Positions 1-10,899 of a DNA stretch of 64,000 nt are shown here, piece after piece (within the stretch, counting starts at the first letter, position 1; each line of letters begins with the position of its first letter). Source of the DNA: Octopus bimaculoides (Eukaryota). Both the position numbers and the translations under genes were made by a program. The notes under the pieces were generated by a model, which saw nothing but the letters and a program-made list of their open reading frames with translations, did not search any database and had not been told where the DNA came from. The DNA is taken from positions 30,828,829-30,892,828 of the forward strand of contig NC_068985.1 of assembly GCF_001194135.2 (NCBI RefSeq), read 5' to 3'.

Positions 1-877
1 CCCACACTTCACCCACCCACCACCTACCAGCTTTCAAAAAGCTAAAATCTCCCAATCTTTCACTTTCATCTGATGTTTCATGCATGCATAGAATTGTACT
101 GAAATAGCAGACATAAAAAATACCAGACCACCACCAGAAAACCCAACATGTTAGAAACAACAGGTAAATGACATTATTTCTGAAGAAACTTTCCAAAAAG
201 CTAAAAGTGAAACATTAGGAGTTTGTAGCTTTTTGAAAGTGGTGAGGTGATGGGTAAAATAAAGATTTTACCCATCAAGGATTTGTACCCTCTGTTTTTT
301 CTGCATGGAAGAAAAAAAACTTGAAAAAAGTAAAAAATAAATTTGGTGTGGAGAGGAAAAAAATTTAAATTGTTGAGAAAATATTTTGTGGGTGAAATCC
401 TAATCTCCTGTATTGCAAACATAGGAATCAGAAGAGAGACTGTTAAAAGAACATTATCTTCAAACTGGTTATAAGGAGTGGAATAACATTTCTGTAATTA
501 TATTGAAAGAACTGCTAAGGCTTTCTACTTCACCAAGTTTCCAAATTTGTTATAATAACCAGAATAACATTTTTTTTTTCAGATATACTTACGAGTATTG
601 TGGTTATAAAAACCAGAATAATATTTCAGTGATAATTGTTAATGCTGTTTAAACTGCAACTCTTCATGATGAAAAGGAAAATTCAAACAGTGGCATTTCA
701 AAAGAGAATGCTGTTGTTCATTCAAGGTCCAGGCAACTAAACTCTTTGAAAATCTGCACATTTCACTATTGGGCAGTACAGTCACATATATATACTAAGT
801 CAGACACACACAAACATGCCTTCATGCACACCTCAAGCTTGTCTCAGTCCCTGTGTGTGTCTGTCTCTGTCTTTAGA

Positions 878-935
<58 letters not shown>

Positions 936-1234
936 AGTTGTCACAAAAATGTATGTATACTGACAGACACATACACTGTCACACACATATACTTCTCAGT
1001 CATATGTAATGAACGCACGAACACCCTCATATAGAAAATGTGACATCATCGTCAATATGGTGGTGGTATAAAATGCTGTTTATGATAGGTGACTAAAACG
1101 AAAATTACAATGCTAAATTTTTGTAATGCAAGTATGTGAATGAAAATAAAGTTTAGTTTGGAGCCGAAAGCTTACTGAATCTTTTGATACACCATACGTC
1201 AAAATCAGTAACTCAGTTTTGGAATTCATAAGGA

Positions 1235-1271
<37 letters not shown>

Positions 1272-1299
1272 AAATTTCTTTTATAGATATAGATATATA

Positions 1300-2523
1300 T
1301 GAGGCAGAGTAAAAAGTAAGCAATGTTTTGAAACATGAAATTCATCCCAATATATTTCAACAATGCAGAAATTTTATTCATCAAAGTAAGTACCATTATA
1401 ATCAACACATATATGCCAATAAGTTACAAGTTTGTTTATTCCGGTAACATAAAAATCTGGAGTTCTGGAGCTGATGAACTTTTTGAACACACTTTCAGTA
1501 TCGGTTTGATTTTTGAACTCCTTCTTTCATTGGAAACCATCAAGGTACTTGAAAAAGTGGTAGTCAGTAGGAGAAAGGTCTGGGGAATAAGCTGGGTGGA
1601 GAAGAACTTCATAGCCAAGTCCCCTCAACTTCTGGAGCATTAAGCACTGTCATGAAGAATGATTGGCCCTCTTCTGTTCACCATCCTGAGACACAGCAGT
1701 TTTTCATTCATTTTGGCAATTTCATGACAATATGTTTCTGCAGTAATGATTTTTCCAGGTTTTAAGAAGTTATAGTGGATGAGTCCAGCAGTAAACCACC
1801 AGTCACCATAACCTTCTTTTGGAGAGCTCGGGTTTAGGGAAGGTTTTCAGTGCTTCATCTTGGTCCAACCACTACAAAGAGTGCTTTTTATTATTGTACA
1901 AAATCCACTTTTTATCACAAGTTACAATATGATCAAGAAATGGATCGGTCTGGTTACAGAGAAGAAACGATGAGCAAATTTCATATCTGCGCATTTTCTG
2001 ATTTTCATTCAAATCATGTGGTACCCATTTGTTGAGCTTTTTTAATTTTCTGATCACATGCAAATGGTTGCAGGCAGTTTTCTGGCTAATTTGAAGTTCT
2101 TTTGTCAGTTCTCGAGTGGTTTTATGTGAGATCTTTCTCATGATGGTCTTTAATTGATCGTCATCGATGACAGATGGGTGTCCACTACACTCATGACCTT
2201 CTAGGCTCAGGTCTCCACTGCAAAATTCTTTAAACCATTTTCGAGTAAACCACTCACTGGTCATTTCCTCACCAAATGTTTCATTGATATCGCAAGCAGT
2301 TTCAGCTACTTTACGTCTTTTTAAAGTTGAATAGCAAAATTGCTCAAATATTGCACTTTAACAATTCCATTCCAGATGTTCATTTATTGATGCATTTGGG
2401 CAAGTCTAAGTGTGTATTATCAGACAATTTCAAAAATGTGTTTTAAAAAATTCAAAACTCTGCAAAAATCCAGGTACAAATTCTTCATGGTTCAAAACGT
2501 TGCTTACTTTATACTCAACCTGA
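1300..2523 (-). mobile_element. Full-length decayed mariner (DD34D-type) transposon
   Basis: 40-bp TIRs (34/40 identical: tgaggcagagtaaaaagtaagcaatgttttgaaacatgaa and its partner at 2484-2523) flanked by TA. Transposase motifs WVPHDL, IVTCDKKWILYNN and HPAYSPDLSPTDYHFF across frameshifts. Confidence 0.92.
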
Positions 2524-2540
2524 TATCTATATATATATAG

Positions 2541-2650
2541 GTGCAGGAGTGGCTAGGTGGTAAGAAGCTTGTTTTCCAACCACATGGTTCCAGATTCAAT
2601 CCCATTGTATGGCACCTTGGGCAAGTGTCTTCTACTATAGCCTTGAGATT
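2541..2650 (+). mobile_element. SINE family A (tRNA head plus CORE-like ccttgggcaagtgtctt), 5' part
   Basis: gcaggagtggct..gtggtaagaagc..ggttccagattcaatccc head, homologous to copies at 6273, 21720, 28262 and 34282. Confidence 0.75.
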
Positions 2651-3224
2651 ATGTACACATGTCCTGTTGGAAGTGAGGCCTGTGAGTCCCACCGGAAGGG
2701 CTGCGGTGGGCATGCAGAGTCGGCAAGGCATGAGCAGGCAGTTGGCAGTGGACAGCGTACGAAAGCAGACCTGTTAGATGGTACGGTGGTAGACAGAGCA
2801 CGTGGATGTTGTGAGTGACCCCTTCCACATAGATAGATAGTACAGTGGCAGACAGAGCTAGTGGCTGTTGTGAGTGACCCTTCCAGATAGACAGGTAAGA
2901 CTACCGCAGTTCTCTCTTTGCTTCTGTCTTTTCCTCCTTCACATCACAATTTTCTCTACTTCTTTGTAAATTTTCCTTTTTAACCCTTCCATCCCTTCAT
3001 CACAACTACTGCACTCTCCTTCCAGTGTGACACACAAACTGGAAACAAACCCATAAATAATTTGATACCCATTGATAGTTTTTAAACATCTCAATCACAA
3101 AAGAACAATGTCACACGCACCACTGCATCAGAGTTGCAAAGTGGTTTCATGCATTCTACTCAACACCACTAAACACATGACCCACTTTTCATTCCTATCA
3201 ATAGCAATGTTAGCTATGAAATGT

Positions 3225-3580
3225 TTACATTCTCTTAGTTCCTTGTAATTCAAACTGCCTAATGGTCCCAACAGACAAAATGGGAAAAGTGTTGCCCAGG
3301 AGGATAGTGAGGGAGATGCGCTGGAACAGACAATCTGACTCGCAGGGTTTGTACTTGCAGATAGCCATCTCTGCTTTGATAGTGGTGAGCAGGGATATGG
3401 TCCAAAGGTCGAGAGCACTGGAGGTCTCCACTACCACAGGCTCAACAGTAAACTTGTCAGAGAGCAACTGATATTTTGACAGTGTGCTCTTCTCAGCCAA
3501 ATGAGTAGCCGAGCCTGGGTTGGTAGCTGAAGACATCAAGTTGGCACTGGAGAAGACATCACAGCATGTGGCATTCTAGA
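3225..3580 (-). mobile_element. CRE-clade non-LTR retrotransposon, RLE endonuclease/C-terminal fragment
   Basis: (W>*)(D>N)ATCCDVFSSANL...AEKSTLSKYQLL..FTVEPVVVETSSA...LFQRISLTILLGN matches the WDxTxxDT / KxxKY / PxxxETxG / LFQRxSxxxQRGN pattern. Confidence 0.72.
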
Positions 3581-4349
3581 GTGACATTGCATTTTATATA
3601 TTAAGATTCCAATATATGTATTACATCCAAGTAACAACAATAAAACTATGTAACTGAGATTTAGTGGCATAAAATCAAATATGCCTATTATTAACTGGAA
3701 AGAGATACTATTCATATTACTAACTAAAATGCAGTTGCTATTAACTATGTCATCTTTTGTTCAACTACAATAGAAATAGGTGGCAGTGAAGTTTTTAGTG
3801 TTATTGCCACACTCAAAGTCTGTTTCTTTAATAAAAGTAATAATAAATATAAAACAGCATAACGTAGTTATTTACAAAATATATTATCCACCATATGTCT
3901 TAAACTATGTCAGAGAATTTGAAGACCACTTCAGAAAGATAGGCATAATAATTAGAATAATTTATAAACATGCTCCTTTTCAATCTTTTTAACGTTCAAA
4001 TGTACAAAGGATTACATTCTATGGTGAATATCAGATTATGACTACAGGCAAACAGAACCTCTCTTTCATTTCAGCAACATGCTTCTTGTCAAATAAATAG
4101 TCCTTTACCTAACAAAACGTAACAATATACTGGCACAACATCAACTTTCAGGACACTGATGGTCTGGAATTTCTTGTTATCTACACTAATTTATGAGCAG
4201 GAACTTCAAAGTCCTGTGGCTGCCAGACTGGTTTACTGGTACCTTACACAATACAGTATTAATAAACTTGTATTATTTACACTAATGTTAAAGCAACAAG
4301 CTGGCAAAGTCATTAGCACACTGGGCAAAATTCTTAGAGCCTTTTAGCT

Positions 4350-4870
4350 ATTACTTCTGCTGACAACAAGAGAATTTTCACTCCATTTGAATAGTATATT
4401 GTTAGATGCTAGTGAAAAATTGTGATGCTGCATGATAGTGAGAGATGGACACTGAATACAGATGACATGCATAGGCAAGAAAAAAATAAAGCCAGCATGA
4501 TCTGTTGGATGTGTAATGTCGTTGTGTATGAACAAAAAGGCATAGATGAGCTGAGAGAAAAACTGGATATTTGAAGAATCATAAGTGTGCAAGAGAGACA
4601 CAGTTATGCTGGTAATGGCAGGCAATGCATATGGATGATGAGAGAGGGTTGAAGAAGTGCCAGGAGATTCATGTGGAAAGAATAAGTGGAAGAGGAAGAC
4701 TAAAGAAGACATGGGCAGAAGGGGGCAGAAGTTTATCTCAGGAAGCTGAATGCCATGACAGAAATAACAAAAATGCAACAAGAGGCAGGACGCTGTGCTT
4801 GAGAAGTCCCTTCCTATCTATGTAACAATAGGAAAATGGATGTAAAAATGATGATGATGATGATGATGAT
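4350..4870 (+). mobile_element. Decayed RTE LINE 3' fragment with (GAT)n tail
   Basis: MDDERGLKKCQEIHVERISGRGRLKKTW resembles RMDEDSCVKKC...GRGRPRKTW; ends in gatgatgat. Confidence 0.75.
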
Positions 4871-4979
4871 AATGGTGATGAAGGTGATGATATGCATGCA
4901 TACTTATATGGTGACTGTCAACTGTCAATGGATGAGTAAGACCATCACTGACAAAAACTATCTTACTCTAGCTGTTAAA

Positions 4980-5266
4980 GTTAATGGCTATCAGCAATGA
5001 CCATTCTGAAATTTAAAGTCAATAACAGCTTGCACAGGGACCTTTTGAGTGGGATGGGCTACTCCACCTGAAGAAAATTCTAACTGGGCCCCACCTGCGA
5101 GGTCATGCTCTGTTTATCTTGATATGAGATCACCATGTCGTGCACATATGGTTGTGATGCATGTGCCTGGGTGTACCCTTATTAGACGGGTAGTCATGAT
5201 GGGTATACTGGGCTTCGTATATTTTACCCCAGTGTCACTTTGATGGCATGCACTGCTCTCTCACTC

Positions 5267-5319
<53 letters not shown>

Positions 5320-5340
5320 TGATGATGATGATAATAACAA
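4980..5340 (+). mobile_element. Unclassified retroposon 3' end with (AAT)n/(GAT)n tail
   Basis: GC-richer segment ending ...gcatgcactgctctctcactc followed by a long (aat)n tail. Family not assigned. Confidence 0.45.
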
Positions 5341-5475
5341 TGAAAAATACCTTAGGAATGAGAACCCAGGTTCGAAATTTCCCCAAGACACCTGATGAAG
5401 GCTGGGGAGGACAAATATCCATCAAATGTGAATAATGTTAATAATGTACATAATTCCTCATCTCTTAAATATAAT
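5341..5475 (+). mobile_element. Penelope-like pseudo-LTR fragment with partial hammerhead core
   Basis: cCTGATGAaggctgg followed directly by gaggacaaatatcc; the GAAA half is missing. Confidence 0.35.
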
Positions 5476-5675
5476 GGCTAGAGGGTCTCTCACTTCCAGC
5501 TGTAGGCTGGCCATTGACTCTACTAAGTTCATTTGTCTTTTGACAGGCATTGTTTTCCCTCCTGCAGTGTCTAACAGAAGCTACCCTCCATACCAAGCAA
5601 GCTTGGTAGGGCTGGCATGTGACAGATTGTCCTGGTTAACAGTAGCTCTAAGAGTGATCTATATACATATATGTA

Positions 5676-5685
5676 TACACACACA

Positions 5686-5777
<92 letters not shown>
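5676..5777. repeat. (CA)n microsatellite, about 100 bp
   Basis: Directly visible; source of spurious HT/CV ORFs. Confidence 0.98.
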
Positions 5778-5779
<2 letters not shown>

Positions 5780-5895
5780 AATAACTATATCTATATTTCT
5801 GTCCATACTCTCGCGCGCGGGCGCAAGCGCGTGTGTGTATTGTTTATAAAAAACATAAATCTGAAAGAAGAAGCACACTCTAAGATGTAGAGTAG

Positions 5896-6161
5896 TATAT
5901 ATTAAAAATGGGGAAGGCCGGTTTATGGGATTACCTTAGGTTTCCCATCCATAAACGGTTTAGCTTCATGGTGTATTGTCAGATCCTAAAAACTTGTTGG
6001 CCTATGACCTTTTAAAAATATGGCATTTCCCCTTCCATGTTTTTAAGAGGTCATGGGCCAACAGGTTTTTGGGATCTGTCCATACACCATAAAACTAAAC
6101 CCTTTAGAGATGGAAACCTAAGTTAATCCCATAAACCAGCCTTTCTCATTTTTAATATATA
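5896..6161. mobile_element. Palindromic foldback/MITE element
   Basis: About 120-bp arms (roughly 85% complementary) around a ~25-bp loop, in a TA-rich site. Confidence 0.8.
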
Positions 6162-6272
6162 TATATTACTTCCAGCTGTTGGCTGACCATTGACTCTACT
6201 AAGTTCATTTGTCCTTTAGCAAGTTTTGTTTTCCCTCCTTCAGTATCTAACAGAAACAACCCTCCATACCAA

Positions 6273-6432
6273 GCAGGAGTGGCTGTGTGGTAAGTAGCTT
6301 GTTTACCAACCACATGGTCTAGGTTCAGTCTCACTGCGTGACACCTTGGGCAAGTGTCTTCAACTATAGCCTCAGGCCAACCAAAGCCTTGTGAGTGGAT
6401 TTGATAGATCGAAACTGAAAGAAACCTGTCAT
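6273..6432 (+). mobile_element. SINE family A, head and CORE-like part
   Basis: gcaggagtggctgtgtggtaag...ggttcagtctcactgcgtgacaccttgggcaagtgtctt...gaaactgaaagaaacctgtc. Confidence 0.85.
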
Positions 6433-6441
6433 ATATATATA

Positions 6442-7285
6442 TCATCATCATCATCATCATCGTTTAACGTCCGCTTTCCATGCTAGCATGGGTTGGACGA
6501 TTTGACTGAGGACTGGCGAACCAGATTTCTACACTAGGCTCCAATCTGATTTGGCAGAGTTTCTACACCTGGATGCCCTTCCTAATGCCAACCACTCCGA
6601 GAGTGGTGTATTTTCAAAATGGTGTATTTTATGTGCCACCTGCACAGGAGCCAGTCCAGCGGCACTGGCAATGACCTCGCTCGAATGTCTTTTCATGTGC
6701 CACTGGCATAAGTGCCAGGAAGGCGATGCTGGTAACGATCACACTCAAATGGTGCTATTTACATGCCACTGGCACGGAAGCCAGACAGCTGCTCTGGCAA
6801 CGATCACGCTCGGACAGTGCTTTTGCGCTCCTCTGGTACAGGTGCCATCACAGGTATGCATTAGTGGGCTGGCTACACCCCTGGCAGAGGCCTCGGATTA
6901 TGGTCTTACTTGGCTTGCCGGGCCTTCTCACGCACAGCATATTTCCAAAGGTCCCGGTCACTAGTCATTGCCTCAGTGAGACCTAAAGTTCGAAGGTCGT
7001 GCTTCACCACCTCATCCCAGGTCTTCCTAGGTCTACCTCTTCCACAGGTTCCCGCAACTGCTAGAGTGTGACACTTTTTCACACAGCTATCCTCATCCAT
7101 TCTTGCCACATGACCATACCAGCGCAATCGTCTCTATTGCACACCACAACTTATACTTCTTAGGTTCAACTTTTCTCTCAAGGTACTTACACTCTGTTGT
7201 GTATACACACTGATATTACACATCCAGCAGAGCATACTGGCTTCATTTCTTGCGAGCTTACGCATGTTCTCAGCAGTCACGATAC
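6442..7285 (-). mobile_element. Young 5'-truncated RTE LINE (RT C-terminus, modular 3'UTR, (GAT)n tail)
   Basis: Open ORF RWYGHVARMDEDSCVKKCHTLAVAGTCGRGRPRKTW...RQAK*, then ~450-bp UTR ending gttaaacgatgatgat. Confidence 0.92.
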
Positions 7286-7289
7286 ACAT

Positions 7290-7500
7290 ATATATAGTTG
7301 AAATTTACAGAAAAACAAAAGACGAAGACAGGTGTATAAACAACAAACAGGTGTATTAGTTTACCATTCGTGAAGTTGAAAAAGTATTTTACGTTTCGAG
7401 CCTACGTTCTTCAACAGGAAGGAACACAAGGAAATAAACAGAGAGAGAGAATTAAAACTTTTGGAGCTAGCGGTCAATCATGGCAGCTGGCTGGACAGAG
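7290..7500 (-). mobile_element. Penelope-like pseudo-LTR with degenerate hammerhead
   Basis: Minus strand reads CTGTTGA-AGAAC-GTAG-GCTC-GAAA-CGTA at about 7390-7417. Confidence 0.45.
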
Positions 7501-7599
7501 GTAGTAAGACAGGAGAGCTAAGAGGAAAGGAAGATAAATAAAGTATTGGTTATCCCAAAACAAAGGTGCGCGTGCATGTGTATGTGAGAGTGTGTAAGT

Positions 7600-7820
7600 N
7601 NNNNNNNNNNNNNNNNNNNNNNNNNNNNNNNNNNNNNNNNNNNNNNNNNNNNNNNNNNNNNNNNNNNNNNNNNNNNNNNNNNNNNNNNNNNNNNNNNNNN
7701 NNNNNNNNNNNNNNNNNNNNNNNNNNNNNNNNNNNNNNNNNNNNNNNNNNNNNNNNNNNNNNNNNNNNNNNNNNNNNNNNNNNNNNNNNNNNNNNNNNNN
7801 NNNNNNNNNNNNNNNNNNNN
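7600..7820. other. Assembly gap (others: 14268-14277, 28105-28114, 30286-30522, 39732-39741, 44085-44094, 46293-46482)
   Basis: Runs of N. Confidence 1.
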
Positions 7821-8459
7821 GATGTGGTGTGGTGGTGTGTGGTATGGTGTGGCATGATGTGGTGTGGTGGTGTTGGGTGTGGGGATGTGAGAGTGGAGTG
7901 TGGGTTTGGGGTGAGGATGTGGGTGTAGGGGTGGGGTATGTTAGAGTGGGGTGTGGGTGGAGTGGGATGGTGGGGTTGGGATGTGTAGGGGGTGAGGTGT
8001 GGACAGAGGAGTTACGATGAAGGGAGAAGGTGGGTAGGAGAGATGAGAGGAAGTAGGTGTCAGGGCAAGAGAGGAGTGAAGAGAGGAAGTAGGTGTGAGA
8101 TGAAGAGAGGAGAGGAGGGGTGCACTTATGCTTGTTACAGAATTTACTGATGTTAGTGATAAGGAAGTAGATGTAATTATGCATACTAGGAAAACACAGC
8201 TGTTCAATAAAAGTTCGGCGTAGGGAGCATTCAACAGTGCAGATATCTGTGACCTTATAAGATTATATATACTGGACACCTTAATGAAGGGGTTCCTGTC
8301 AGTCCTTTTTGGTTTGTAGTGAACTGCAACCAAATTTCTAAATCAGGATTCAAAACCAAATCCATAATTTCCTACAAGTTCTGTGTCTATTGTTCTCATC
8401 TGTTGCACTAGGAACATTATGAAAGTAAACTGATCTCTTAACCATTTCAAGTTATACAG

Positions 8460-10578
8460 GAAAAAGCGCTTTTGATGCTATCTTCCTAATAATGAAACTT
8501 CAGGAAAAGTATTTAACCTAAGATAAACAGCTATACTTGGCATTTATTGATATGGAGAAAGCCTTTGACAGAGTTCTTCGCTCCCTCATCTGGCAGTTGT
8601 TACAAGAGCTTGGAGTAGATGGATGGCTTTTGAGAGCCATCCAAGCCATGTTTGAGGATGTTGTTAGTAAGGTAAAAGTCAGCAATGAATTTAGTGTGCA
8701 CGTAGGAGTTCATAAATGCTCAGTTCTCAGTTCTTCTTCTTTATCATGGCCCTCAAGGCCATAATAAAGAAATTTAAAACTGATTGTTCATTAGAGTTTC
8801 TCTTTGCTAATGACCTTGTTCTTATAATTGAATCTATAATAGAATTTGAAAAGAAATTTCAAGTGTGGAAGCAATACCTGGAATCAAAGGCCTTAGAGTT
8901 ACTTTAGCAAAGTACTAGTAAGCAGGAAAGCAGACAAACTACTAATCCCTTGGTGAAATGCCCCTGCTTGATATGTAGAAAATGTAAGTGAAAATTTCAT
9001 GTGATGTGCCCAGTGCAAGCTATGGACACAGAAGAGGTGCAGAGGAATCATAGGAATGTTGTGTGTGGCAGATGTGCAGGAACTCTAAACATTAAGAAAT
9101 ACACAAGGAATAAATTTCCTGCAATGCTCAGAAGGTAGTGTGTCCTTAGAGGTAGTTCATACTTTCTGTTAACTAGGTGACCAAATTAGCAGTAGAGGAG
9201 GATGCTCTGAAAGTCTAGTTGCTAGAATTAGAACCAGCTGAGCAAAGTTCAAAGAGCTATTGCCATTGTAGGTTACAAAAAAGCCTCTCCCTCATAGTGA
9301 AAGACAGATTGCATGATACTTGGGTAGGAACAGCTCTGCTACATGACAGCAAAATGTAGACTGTGGCAGCAGAGGACATATGAAGGTTTAAAAGAAATGA
9401 AGCTAGCATTCTGTGTGCTGGATGTGCAATGTCAGTGTGCATGGATGCCAAAGCGTAAATGTGTTGAGAGAAAAATGGGGTATAAGAGGCATTAGATGTA
9501 GTGTGCAAGGGAGAAGACTGTGTTGGTATGGTCATGTGAAGTGTATGGATGAAGATAGCTGCATAAAGAATTTCTGATTTCTAAATGTGAAGGAAGACCT
9601 AGGACAACCTAGGAAGACATGGGGCAAAGTGGTGAAAAATAATCTTCAGATGTTAACACAGAGGAGATGACAAAGGACTGAGATGATTGCATTTCGCTGT
9701 GCTTGAGAAGACCCATTCAGCTAGTAAAATTGAGGCCATAAAGGCATGGCACTTATGCCCATGCCTCTGCACATAGTCTGTCTCTGACAAACCTCCCCAC
9801 ATGCCTCTGTGTACAAATCTGTCCCTGACAATCTTCTCCTTGACAACCCATCTTCCCTTCCACCACTACCACCTGAGTTCAACATTTGCTGTCTTCCCCT
9901 CCCCTCTATCTCCTACTCTCTCTTCACACCCTTTCAAATCTACTTGCATACAATGTATCCCTGTTGAATCTTTTCCCCACAACATATCCTCCAAACACTC
10001 CTTCCCTCTGTTCATATCTTCTCACAACATTCCCTCCCCTCCACCTTCAACTCTCCTTTTGTAGTCTCCTGAACTTACTCACCCATTCCACTCTATCCAA
10101 TCCTTGGTTCCTCTTCGCTTATATATACTTCCCTGTAACTTGAGTGATTAAAGGTTAGAGTATAACTTGAGTGCACCCACCCTGTCATATCTTCACCATC
10201 TGTTCCTCCTACTCCTCTCTGTCTCTCTCCTACTAAAGTTGCTATGATCTCCTCTACTGCAAGACAACTTTTTCTGTCCCTCTATTTATACTCTATCCTT
10301 TAATCACTGGGACAAAGCCACTTCCCTCAATACTACTCCTCCAACTCAGTTGAAGGGGTCTTGTCTTGTAAATTACTTGGTGACCTCACTGCTGCTGGTG
10401 TCACATAAAAAGGTACTAAGTACACTCTGTAAAGTAATTAGTGTTAAGAAGGGCATCCAGCCGTAGAAACCATGCCTAGGCAGAGAGTAGTGCTCAGAAC
10501 AGTTTCCTGATTTGCCAGATTCTGTCAAACCGTTCAACCCATGCCAGCATGGAAAACGGACGTTAAATGATGATGATG
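8460..10578 (+). mobile_element. Old 2.1-kb RTE LINE copy (RT domain, pyrimidine-rich 3'UTR, terminal module)
   Basis: DAIFL..LQEKYL..AFIDMEKAFDRV, LFANDLVL, RRLCWYGHV..MDEDSC across frameshifts. C/T-rich UTR 9780-10350; ends gttaaatgatgatgat. Confidence 0.88.
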
Positions 10579-10620
10579 TGTGTGTATATTATATGTATAT
10601 ATATAAATGTATATTTATGT

Positions 10621-10682
10621 AATACATACATGCATGCATGCATACATACATACATACATACATACATACATACATGCATGCA

Positions 10683-10712
<30 letters not shown>
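10621..10712. repeat. (CATA)n/(CATG)n microsatellite about 300 bp upstream of the SORL1 ATG
   Basis: Directly visible. Confidence 0.95.
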
Positions 10713-10713
<1 letters not shown>

Positions 10714-10899
10714 TAATGTTGTTAATGCAGTTATTGCGCTAAACTAAATACACATAACTCGTTTAATATTGTTAACACAGAAATATTACATTTCTAAACC
10801 TCATCCCTATTAAAAAAAATGTTTTTCCTTTTCCATTCCAGTCAAACAATTATTCCTGGAGATAAAGACATGTAATAAATTACTGTAAACACTACTGGA

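Noticed and set aside
746-1034. Cys/Val- or His/Thr-rich ORFs (also 5435-5890, 26833-27182, 41769-42115, 51440-51735)
   Set aside because: Translations of (CA)n/(TG)n microsatellites.
7474-8333. Long ORFs spanning N gaps (also 30023-30671, 46152-46532)
   Set aside because: Length is inflated by X runs and low-complexity flanks; only the HERO segment has homology.
9780-10350. Ser/Pro/Leu-rich ORFs in pyrimidine tracts (also 42078-42558, 49995-50261)
   Set aside because: Low-complexity RTE 3'UTR sequence.
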